A stretch of 64,000 nt of DNA from Akkermansia sp. (GTDB taxonomy: Bacteria; Verrucomicrobiota; Verrucomicrobiia; Verrucomicrobiales; Akkermansiaceae), in the NCBI GenBank assembly GCA_045635265.1, contig JAZRBU010000028.1, forward strand, positions 29,019 through 93,018. The letters are read 5' to 3'. This document shows, one piece after another, positions 56,353-64,000 of the stretch (positions are counted from its first letter, which is position 1; each line of letters begins with the position of its first letter). The translations under genes were made by a program, and so were the position numbers. The notes under the pieces were generated by a model, which had not been told where the DNA came from, made no database searches, and saw nothing but the letters and a program-made list of their open reading frames with translations.

Positions 56353-56949
56353 ATGAGATTCGCCAGATTCCTGCTTCCGATTGCCCTATTCCCGCTGCTG
56401 ACCGGCTGCGGGGGCGAAGATGAGGAGGAGCAACGTGAAAAAGCAGCCCGCTTTACCACCTCCACCAAACCCGCGCCCAACCCACAGCGGGAATCCTTAG
56501 AATCTCTGGTACGTACGGATCGCAACGCCGCGCCGACATCACTCACCAAGGCTCCGCAGTTCGAACTTTTCAGCTATTACGCAGGGGAAGACATCCGCCA
56601 GGTGACCGGCGTTTCCGGTCGCACCCTGATTCTCTGTTTCGCCGCACCTTGGTGCCCCTACAGTAACAGAATGCGCACCGGGCTCCGCCAAATTGCGGAA
56701 CAGGGCAAGGGAACCGTGCAGGTCATCATGGTCAACCCGGACGAGTATGACAACCTCGCCAATTCCTTCTCTCTCTCCAAGGTACCCACCACCATCTTCT
56801 ACACGGAAGGGGTCCGCTTACGCACCATCGAAGGCGCCTATACCGCCGACAGCGTGAGAGCCTTCCTTCAGGGGCTACTCTCCCAGGATGACCAGGCTCG
56901 CGGAACGGCCGCACCGGTTCTGGTACCCATTTCATCCATTTCTAACTAA
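56353..56949 (+). CDS. Thioredoxin-fold lipoprotein with WCPYS (CxxS) motif
   Basis: Lipobox LLTGC at residues 16-20. Thioredoxin-like segment LILCFAAPWCPYSNRM...VPTTIFY. Confidence 0.7.
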   Translation: MRFARFLLPIALFPLLTGCGGEDEEEQREKAARFTTSTKPAPNPQRESLESLVRTDRNAAPTSLTKAPQFELFSYYAGEDIRQVTGVSGRTLILCFAAPWCPYSNRMRTGLRQIAEQGKGTVQVIMVNPDEYDNLANSFSLSKVPTTIFYTEGVRLRTIEGAYTADSVRAFLQGLLSQDDQARGTAAPVLVPISSISN

Positions 56950-56970
56950 AAAACATTTCTTCAAATTATC

Positions 56971-57945
56971 ATGAGATATCTTACAGGTTTACAACCCAGC
57001 GGACAGCTGCACATCGGCAACTATTTCGGAGCCATCCGCCCCGCTGTCGAGTTGCAGAAAAAAGGTGAAGCATTCTACTTCATCGCCAACTATCACGCCA
57101 TGACCACCATGGAGAGTGCTGAAAAGCTAAAGGAAAACACCTACGGTCTGGCCGTAGACTTCCTGGCTTGCGGGCTCGACCCGGAAAAATCCGTTTTCTT
57201 TGCCCAGTCCGCAGTGCCGGAAGTGCATGAGTTGGCTTGGATTCTCTCCACGGTGTGCCCCATGGGCCTGCTGGAGCGCTGCCACTCATACAAGGAAAAG
57301 ACAGCAAAAGGGATTGCAGCCAATCACGCCCTTTTTGCCTATCCTGCGCTGATGGCTGCCGACATTCTGCTGTACAACGCAGACGCTGTGCCCGTGGGCA
57401 AGGACCAGAAACAGCACCTGGAAGTCACCCGTGACCTGGCCGGAAAAATCAATGATACCTTCGGGGCAGACATCTTCAAGCTGCCGGAGCCCATCATCAG
57501 TGAAGTAACGTCCGTTGTCCCCGGACTGGACGGACAGAAGATGAGCAAGAGCTACGGCAACACCCTACCCATGTTCGGTGAGGAAAAACCGCTCCGCAAG
57601 CTCATCAACAAGAAGGTGGTCACAGACGCCACCCCCCTGGAAGACCCCAAACCCACGGAGGGTTCCATCATCCTGCAGCTTTACAAACTCTTTGCCAGCC
57701 CGGAGCAGTATCAAAGCATGGTAGATGCCCACGTGGCCGGCGGCGTCGGATACGGACAGTTCAAAAAAGACCTCTTTGAAGCCTACTGGGAGCATTTCCG
57801 CACCGCCCGAGAACGCCGCGAATGGCTGCTGGCCAACCCGGACTACGTGCACAGCGTGCTGAACAATGGTGCAGAACGCGCCCGAAAGGAAGCCGCTGCC
57901 ACCCTGACTAAGCTCCGCAAAGCAGTGGGTCTGGCCTGGTGCTGA
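56971..57945 (+). CDS. trpS: Tryptophanyl-tRNA synthetase
   Basis: GQLHIGNY (HIGH) and KMSKS. Confidence 0.95.
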   Translation: MRYLTGLQPSGQLHIGNYFGAIRPAVELQKKGEAFYFIANYHAMTTMESAEKLKENTYGLAVDFLACGLDPEKSVFFAQSAVPEVHELAWILSTVCPMGLLERCHSYKEKTAKGIAANHALFAYPALMAADILLYNADAVPVGKDQKQHLEVTRDLAGKINDTFGADIFKLPEPIISEVTSVVPGLDGQKMSKSYGNTLPMFGEEKPLRKLINKKVVTDATPLEDPKPTEGSIILQLYKLFASPEQYQSMVDAHVAGGVGYGQFKKDLFEAYWEHFRTARERREWLLANPDYVHSVLNNGAERARKEAAATLTKLRKAVGLAWC

Positions 57946-57964
57946 TTTCCCCCCCTGCCCCGCC

Positions 57965-58903
57965 ATGAGCGATCGCGCCCTCATCTACGGCACTATTGCC
58001 ATTGATACCCTCATCACCCCCGGTGGCCAGGTCAGCTCCGTGCTGGGCGGCTCCGGGGTCTATGCGGCGCTGGCGGCCCGGCTCATCACCGGAGAGTCTG
58101 ATCTCGTCGGCGTGGTGGGAGACGATTTTCCGAAAGAGTTCAGCATGGCGCTGGAAGCCAGGGGAATCAGCCTGCAACACGTGGACAGAGCCCCCGGACG
58201 CACCTTTGCCTGGACCGGGAAATACGAAAAGGACATGAACCTGCGCACCACGGTGGAAACGGTGGAAGGGGTGCAGGAACACCACCGCATCTGCCTGACG
58301 GACGACCTGAAAAAAGCACGTCTGGTAGTTGCCACCAACGTGACACCGCCGCTGCAATACCGGCTCGTTGAGCAATGCGGTGCCGCTCAGTTCGTGATGG
58401 CGGATTTCATGAAATCCTGGATTGAGCGGGAACCGGAATACACCCGCATGCTGCTGCAACGCACAGACTTGGCCCTCATGAACGATGAGGAAGCAAGGGC
58501 TTTTTCCGGCACGGATGATTCCATCGAAGCCGGCTACCGTATTCTGGAAGCAGGGCCGCGCTATGCCATCGTCAAGCACGGCAGCGCCGGTGCCACTCTC
58601 TTTCACCGCACCCCGGCAGGAGCCACACGCCTGTTCCGCTGCCCCGCATGGCCGCTGGCAAATCCAAAAGACCCCACCGGAGCGGGAGACTCTTTCATGG
58701 GGGCTCTGGCCGGGCACCTCACCTCCTGCCTGAACGGCGGGAATCCCTCTTGGGAAGCCATGAAGAGCGGTGTGGCTCTCGCCACGGTCGTTGCCTCTTT
58801 CACCTGCGAAAAATTCGGCACGGTAGCCCTTTTTGCTCTCTCCGGGCAGGAGCTGGCAGAAAGAGTTCTGCAGTTTCACACCATGACCGAATGGAAATTG
58901 TAA
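57965..58903 (+). CDS. PfkB-family carbohydrate/nucleoside kinase
   Basis: C-terminal DPTGAGDSF motif. N-terminal GGSGVYAA. 312 aa. Confidence 0.8.
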   Translation: MSDRALIYGTIAIDTLITPGGQVSSVLGGSGVYAALAARLITGESDLVGVVGDDFPKEFSMALEARGISLQHVDRAPGRTFAWTGKYEKDMNLRTTVETVEGVQEHHRICLTDDLKKARLVVATNVTPPLQYRLVEQCGAAQFVMADFMKSWIEREPEYTRMLLQRTDLALMNDEEARAFSGTDDSIEAGYRILEAGPRYAIVKHGSAGATLFHRTPAGATRLFRCPAWPLANPKDPTGAGDSFMGALAGHLTSCLNGGNPSWEAMKSGVALATVVASFTCEKFGTVALFALSGQELAERVLQFHTMTEWKL

Positions 58904-59012
58904 TCAGCAGCAGATATCTACCGTTTTCAGCGTCTTATAATCATTTCTTCCTTGCCGCATGCGGGCGGCTGTGCTAACCTCATCCACGTTCTCATTTTAC
59001 TTATTATCCCTT

Positions 59013-60257
59013 ATGAGCGAAACAGAAAACAAGCCCATAGATGTAGACCATTCCACCGTATCCGTACCGTTAGGTGAGCGGCGCTCATTCGTCAACATGC
59101 TGTTCCTGATGCTCGGGTTCACCTTCTGTTCCTCCAGCATGATGGTGGGCGCCAAGCTCGGCAACGGATTTGACCTTGAAGGGTTCATTTACGCCGTTGC
59201 ACTGGGCGGTCTTTTCCTGGCCGTCTATACGGGTCTGCTCGGCTACATCGGCAGCCGCAGCGGGCTTTCCCTGGACCTCCTGTGCCAGCGCGCCTTCGGC
59301 CGAGTGGGGTCCTACCTTCCCTCCACCGTCATTGTCATCACCCAGATGGGATGGTTCGGCGTGGTACTGGGGCTTTTATCCGTGCCGACAGCGGAAGCGA
59401 TGCACATCAACCCGTGGTGGGTGGTCCTGGTTGGCGGGGCCCTCATGACTGCCTCCACATACTACGGCATCAAGGGGCTCGTTATCGTGAGCATCATTTC
59501 CGTACCTCTGGTAATTCTGCTGGGCTGTTATTCCGTCATTACCGCCACCGTTGACGGCGGCGGAATTGTCTCCGTATTTGCCAAGAACTCCGGGCAGCTC
59601 ACTCTAGTGGCAGGCATCGATTTGGCGATTGCCTCCTTCATCAGCGGCGGCACCACAACCCCCAATTTCACCCGCTACGCAAAAACGCCGAAAGCCAGCA
59701 TCATCGTCACAACAGTTGCTTTCTTTATAGGCAACTCCCTCATGTTCATCTTCGGTGCCGTGGGCGGTGCCTTCACCGGCAAAGACGATATTTTCTATGT
59801 GATGATAGCTCAAGGGCTGATTCTGCCGGCTCTCTTCGTTCTGGGCACCAACACCTGGACCACAAATGACAACTCTCTCTACTCCTGCGGTCTGGGCCTG
59901 ACCAATCTGACGCGTATGGCGCCTCGCCCCATGATTCTCATTTCCGGCACCATCGGTACGCTGGCATCCCTCTGGCTGCGTGACAACTTCGTCAACTGGC
60001 TGGTATTCCTCTCTGCCATTCTTCCGCCCATCGGCATTGTGCTGGTGCTGGATTTCTTCATTCACCCCAAGCGCTACGCCCCCAAGGCCCGTCCGTACCG
60101 TGGACTGTTTATCGGGCCGATTGCAGCCGTGGCGTCCGGCGTGTTAGCAGGCACCGTGCTGAAAGAGCACTGGGGCATCAGCGCCATCAACGGCTTGGTG
60201 GTTTCCGCCATTGTCTACCTCTTCTGGAACTTTGCATTCTCACGCAAGTCCAAATAA
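59013..60257 (+). CDS. NCS1-family (cytosine/purine-type) permease
   Basis: Trimmed to the ATG at 59013. About 12 TM helices, with a CodB-like pattern including ISGGTTTPNFTRY. Confidence 0.7.
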   Translation: MSETENKPIDVDHSTVSVPLGERRSFVNMLFLMLGFTFCSSSMMVGAKLGNGFDLEGFIYAVALGGLFLAVYTGLLGYIGSRSGLSLDLLCQRAFGRVGSYLPSTVIVITQMGWFGVVLGLLSVPTAEAMHINPWWVVLVGGALMTASTYYGIKGLVIVSIISVPLVILLGCYSVITATVDGGGIVSVFAKNSGQLTLVAGIDLAIASFISGGTTTPNFTRYAKTPKASIIVTTVAFFIGNSLMFIFGAVGGAFTGKDDIFYVMIAQGLILPALFVLGTNTWTTNDNSLYSCGLGLTNLTRMAPRPMILISGTIGTLASLWLRDNFVNWLVFLSAILPPIGIVLVLDFFIHPKRYAPKARPYRGLFIGPIAAVASGVLAGTVLKEHWGISAINGLVVSAIVYLFWNFAFSRKSK

Positions 60258-60283
60258 CCTCCGTTGATTTTCAGCAGAACAAA

Positions 60284-60318
60284 CAGCCGCATTCGTTCAC
60301 CCGAATGCGGCTGTTTGC
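60284..60318 (+). terminator. Hairpin terminator after the permease gene
   Basis: cagccgcattcg (60284-60295) pairs with cgaatgcggctg (60302-60313), followed by tttgcg. The T-tail is weak. Confidence 0.6.
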
Positions 60319-60334
60319 GTATGGGACTGGCCCC

Positions 60335-61333
60335 TTATAATGAGGAAAGAATACGGGCGACATGCAGATGACTGCGGCAGAGCTTCAGCGTCACTCTCAT
60401 ACGCCGCCAGCCCTTGAACGGAAGCAAAAGCCCCTGAAGCACGGCACGCCGCCGCAGACGGCGGCATATCTTTTCCCGCACGGTCGGCTTGATGACGGAA
60501 CGCAGCCGCGCCAGCAAATCATCCAACGCCTTCAGCACATCTCCCTTCACCGGCCAGTCACAGCGCACTGCGTGGCGCAGGATTTCGTGCACAGCACGAA
60601 TGGCATAAGAGGGATGCTGCCGGCACTGAACCAAAATTTCCTCTGCATGAGATGCGATGAAACGCAGGAAATCCACATGAAAGTCTTCCGACTCTCCCGC
60701 CGGTCGATAGTAGTGCCGACAGGTACTCAAGGGAGCTACACGGTAACGGCACTCCGCTTCCAATGCCCTGTGCATGAAATCACAATCTGCCAACACGGGA
60801 TATTGCTGCCGGCGGAAGCCGCCGAGCCGGCGCAGCAAGGAAGCAGAACAGAAAAAAGACTGCAAATGGCAGGGCGTACGCAGGAAAAGATGGTCCGTAT
60901 GCGGCGTTAGCGGGCGGGCCTGGCCGTTTGACGGGTTCACCTGAATGGCGGAAGAAAACACACAATCCACTTCTCCGTTCAGTATGGGAGCACAGCATGC
61001 AGCTGTATTTTCCACCATCACCTCCGACTCCGGGGTCAGGAAAAGGCAAACTTTACCCTTTGCCATCCCCAGGCCCTTGTTCATGGCATCGTATCGGTTC
61101 TCATACGGCTCAGACACATAGCCGGAGATATGCCAGCTGTTTTGCTCCGCCGCCAGATACTCGGGTGTTTCATCCTCTGAGCCCATATCCACGACCAGGC
61201 ATTCCGTCCGCAACTCTCCCTGCAACATAAGAGGCTGCACCGCTTCAATGCAATGCGGCAGATACCGCATTGCATCCCGGCAGACAATGATGACGGAGAG
61301 ATCCATTTCCGAGTTCTGAGCAGCAACAGTCAT
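60335..61333 (-). CDS. Glycosyltransferase family 2
   Basis: LSVIIVCRDAMRYLPHCIEAV and VVDMGSEDET (DxD-like). Confidence 0.75.
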   Translation of the reverse strand: MTVAAQNSEMDLSVIIVCRDAMRYLPHCIEAVQPLMLQGELRTECLVVDMGSEDETPEYLAAEQNSWHISGYVSEPYENRYDAMNKGLGMAKGKVCLFLTPESEVMVENTAACCAPILNGEVDCVFSSAIQVNPSNGQARPLTPHTDHLFLRTPCHLQSFFCSASLLRRLGGFRRQQYPVLADCDFMHRALEAECRYRVAPLSTCRHYYRPAGESEDFHVDFLRFIASHAEEILVQCRQHPSYAIRAVHEILRHAVRCDWPVKGDVLKALDDLLARLRSVIKPTVREKICRRLRRRAVLQGLLLPFKGWRRMRVTLKLCRSHLHVARILSSL

Positions 61334-61404
61334 GGCGTATCAGGTACAGACTGAGTGTACCGCAACGTGCCCCCTTTAACAAGAAAAATGACGCATTTCC
61401 GGTG

Positions 61405-61983
61405 CTATTCCGTTACATTCTTCCCGGTCGTTTTCGCCATACGGCGCAGCAGCTGCTCCGGCTCCTGCCAAGCATCTGCCGGCAAATGCAGAAAGCCCTC
61501 CGGATCCGGGCGTCCGTTGGTTGAAGAAATGTTGCTGGTGCCCAAAATCAGACTGACAGTGCCATCAGAGTGGATTCTGCGTTCTTTCGGCTGATTCTCC
61601 AAATCAAAGAAGCTACGGAAGTCGTATTTCCCGATGAGGTAGCGGATGATAAGGGCTCGTCCGGTCGTGATGGCATACACAACACGCCGCTGCCAGCGCA
61701 GGCCAATCCACGGAGCCGCCACAACCAATAAAACAAGGGGAAACCCGGCGCAGAACATAGCGAGCAATAATTTACTCGCCGGATTTGAACCATCGTACGT
61801 CTGCACATACACCACAGCTCCGATGCCTCCCAGCAATGAAAGCATACCGCATAAAAACAGCAAGCGGCTCATCACCGTCCACAATCGCGGCTTCGGCTGC
61901 CCCACCCAGAGCAATTCCTCATCTTTTTTGAGAGCACTTTGCAACACCGCCCGCTCCGGGGGATTTAAATCATCTATATTCAT
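61405..61983 (-). CDS. Membrane protein, paralogue family member 3
   Basis: Trimmed to MNIDDLNPPERAV. Shares EELLWVGQPKP, two TM helices, RRVVYAITTGRALII and a C-terminal FLHLP... segment with the other two members. Confidence 0.6.
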   Translation of the reverse strand: MNIDDLNPPERAVLQSALKKDEELLWVGQPKPRLWTVMSRLLFLCGMLSLLGGIGAVVYVQTYDGSNPASKLLLAMFCAGFPLVLLVVAAPWIGLRWQRRVVYAITTGRALIIRYLIGKYDFRSFFDLENQPKERRIHSDGTVSLILGTSNISSTNGRPDPEGFLHLPADAWQEPEQLLRRMAKTTGKNVTE

Positions 61984-62052
61984 AAGGCATTCAGGTGAAA
62001 ACAAACCGCCCGCAGATACCAAGCAGCACCTGCGGGCGGTGAAAGTTAAGGA

Positions 62053-63636
62053 TTAGTGGATGCGCTTGAGCAACCAGGGCAGCAGCTCCTTGATGGCCAC
62101 ACGCTCCTGCTCCATGGAATCACGGTGACGAATAGTCACCGTATCCTTGAGCGCGGGATCGCCTTCCTCACCCAGCGTCTCAAAGTCCACCGTGATGCAG
62201 AACGGCGTGCCGACCTCGTCCTGACGACGATAACGGCGACCCACAGCCCCCGTCTCATCGTAGAACACATTCATGAACGGGCGCAGCTCTGCCTCAATCT
62301 CACGGGCAATACGCACCTGCTCTGCATTCTTCTTGAGCAGCGGGAAAATAGCAGCCTTGATGGGCGCCATACGCGGATGGAAACGCATGACGGTGCGGAT
62401 GTCGCTCTTGCCGTCCTTGCCCAGCTCTTCCTCATCAAATGCCTCACAGATGACGGCCAGCACCGTGCGGTCGCAGCCGGCAGAGGGCTCCACCACATGG
62501 GGAATGAACTTCTCACGAGTCACCTCGTCGAAGTACTCCATGGGTTTGCCTGAGCCCTTCTGATGGGTAGAGAGGTCGTAATCAGTACGGTAGGCGATAC
62601 CCTGCAGCTCCTGCACACCGAAGGGGAACTGGTACTCCAGGTCATACGTCTTTTTGGAGTAGAAAGCCAGCTCATCCTTGGGCACGTCCAGGATGTGAAT
62701 CTTGTCGCGGGGGATACCGATGTTCTCATAGAACACCAGGCAGTTCTCCAGCCACTCATCCGTCAGACGGAAGCCATCCTCCTCGCGGCAGAAGTATTCA
62801 ATCTCCATCTGCTCGAATTCGCGGGAGCGGAAAGTGAAGTTGCGCGGGTTAATCTCGTTACGGAAAGATTTACCAATCTGAGCGATACCGAAAGGCACCT
62901 TCATGCGGGAGGAATCCAGAATGTTCTTATACTGGCAGAAGATGCTCTGCGCAGTCTCAGGACGCAGCCAGCCGGTGGCCGAGGGGTCATTTTCATCGGA
63001 CGTGGCACCGATGGTAGTCTTGAACATCAGGTTGAAGGAACGAGCCTCCGTGACCAGAGAACCGTTGGCGGGGTTGTAGCGCACGGAATCCGTCACCTCC
63101 TCCGTCGTCTCCTCTGCCAGCTCAATATCGGCGGCCTGCAGCTTCTTGCCGGAAATCTGAGCATAATACTGGGCAGCCCCCTTGCGAGCCGTCTTGGCGC
63201 TCTTTTCATCCGCGCCGGGCACCAGCATGGAGAACTCCTTCTTCGTGCTCCAGGAGCCATCCTTGGCCGCTGCACCCTTCCACCAGTAGGCCACACCGCT
63301 CTGAGCAGGAATCTGGTCAGCACGCAGGCGCTCCTTGGTGAGCAGACAGTCGCACAGAGGATCAGTAAAGCCGTTCACGTGGCCGGAAGCCTCCAGCACG
63401 GAATTGTGGGTGAGAATAGCACCATCCATGCCCACAATGTCGGGACGCTCCTGCACATGCACGCGCCACCAGTAGTCCTTGAGATTGCGCTTCAGCTCAG
63501 CACCGAGGGGACCGTAGTCCCAGCAGCCGTTGAGGCCGCCGTATATCTCTGCTGCCTGAAAAATGAAACCTCTGCGCTTGCAAAGGCTGACGATTTTTTC
63601 CATTCGGACGGGATCCGTCTGCGTACGATCTGCCAT
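62053..63636 (-). CDS. glyQS: Glycyl-tRNA synthetase (single-chain, class II dimeric type)
   Basis: RRGFIFQAAEIYGGLNGCWDYGPLG, FRNEI.PR and GxGxGxxR-like class II motifs. 527 aa. Confidence 0.93.
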   Translation of the reverse strand: MADRTQTDPVRMEKIVSLCKRRGFIFQAAEIYGGLNGCWDYGPLGAELKRNLKDYWWRVHVQERPDIVGMDGAILTHNSVLEASGHVNGFTDPLCDCLLTKERLRADQIPAQSGVAYWWKGAAAKDGSWSTKKEFSMLVPGADEKSAKTARKGAAQYYAQISGKKLQAADIELAEETTEEVTDSVRYNPANGSLVTEARSFNLMFKTTIGATSDENDPSATGWLRPETAQSIFCQYKNILDSSRMKVPFGIAQIGKSFRNEINPRNFTFRSREFEQMEIEYFCREEDGFRLTDEWLENCLVFYENIGIPRDKIHILDVPKDELAFYSKKTYDLEYQFPFGVQELQGIAYRTDYDLSTHQKGSGKPMEYFDEVTREKFIPHVVEPSAGCDRTVLAVICEAFDEEELGKDGKSDIRTVMRFHPRMAPIKAAIFPLLKKNAEQVRIAREIEAELRPFMNVFYDETGAVGRRYRRQDEVGTPFCITVDFETLGEEGDPALKDTVTIRHRDSMEQERVAIKELLPWLLKRIH

Positions 63637-63810
63637 AACGCGGCTATTCTATCCTAATTCCGCAGGCTTGCCAAGTCTAAAGCGGGTTGTCACTCACTTT
63701 CAATGTCAAATCATGCTCCGTTCACAACCTCCCGCTGCAAATACATCTTGACATCCCTCCTGTTTTTCAATACGCTACCGCTCAGGGAAAAGCGACTCCC
63801 GACTAATATC

Positions 63811-64000
63811 ATGAATCGCAACATTCTCATTACCGGCGGGGCCGGATTCATCGGGTCACATGTGGTGCGGCTCTTTGTCAGTAAATATCCGGAGTACCGC
63901 ATCATCAATCTGGATAAATTGACCTATGCCGGCAATCTGTCCACACTCAAGGATGTGGAGAACGCCCCAAACTACACATTCATACGGGAAGACATCTGCC
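63811..64000 (+). CDS. rfbB: dTDP-glucose 4,6-dehydratase, N-terminal 63 codons (runs off window)
   Basis: The ATG at 63811 gives MNRNILITGGAGFIGSHVVRLFVSKYPEYRIINLDKLTYAGNL... (Rossmann GxxGxxG plus the RfbB-typical NLDKLTYAGN). Absent from the ORF track because it has no stop in the window. Confidence 0.8.
   Translation, partial: MNRNILITGGAGFIGSHVVRLFVSKYPEYRIINLDKLTYAGNLSTLKDVENAPNYTFIREDIC

Overview
The window looks like a GC-rich (roughly mid-50s to 60% in core genes) diderm chromosome. The long PATR-repeat autotransporter and the overall protein flavour suggest Verrucomicrobiota, possibly Akkermansia, but I cannot verify that without a search.

Most of the window is core housekeeping:
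- a Zn/Mn-type ABC uptake operon;
- a split phosphate locus, with porin-pstS converging on pstC-pstA-pstB-phoU;
- tatD, a LysR regulator, and an ECF sigma/anti-sigma/PDZ operon;
- thrS-infC;
- a small NDP-sugar/glycosyltransferase cluster and a yqjD/E/K-like operon;
- carA-purA;
- dnaK-groES-groEL;
- tal-galE;
- a 1674-aa autotransporter;
- tig, tyrS, trpS and glyQS;
- an NCS1 permease and the start of rfbB.

The accessory part is a roughly 13-kb lower-GC island at about 27.65-40.78 kb, wedged between a core membrane-protein gene and groEL. It contains:
- a 1.2-kb AT-rich stretch with no convincing ORF;
- a three-gene operon (DUF4143 AAA ATPase, membrane protein, secreted protein);
- a tyrosine integrase;
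- a 1631-aa single-polypeptide Type ISP restriction-modification enzyme (Mrr-like nuclease, DEAH helicase, NPPY methyltransferase);
- immediately downstream in the same orientation, two very AT-rich genes (272 aa and 682 aa).

The 682-aa protein combines a DUF559/Vsr-like PD-(D/E)xK core, a SAP motif and a C-terminal phage MuF-like Cys-rich domain. I consider this two-gene module the best candidate for an undescribed defence or accessory system.

Other sequence-level observations:
- identical 17-nt palindromes in the leaders of the divergent integrase and RM genes;
- two 33-bp palindromic operators upstream of the DUF4143 operon;
- a roughly 48-bp cis-element shared by the porin and pstC promoters;
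- a perfect sigma-54 -24/-12 element with upstream dyads in front of dnaK;
- a CarA homologue lacking the whole Cys-His-Glu glutaminase triad;
- an AlbA_2/Schlafen-like gene carrying five phased copies of an 11-mer that resembles a DnaA box;
- three divergent paralogues of one membrane-protein family.

I recognised no rRNA, tRNA or CRISPR array. All functional calls come from motif recognition by eye; no database search was run.
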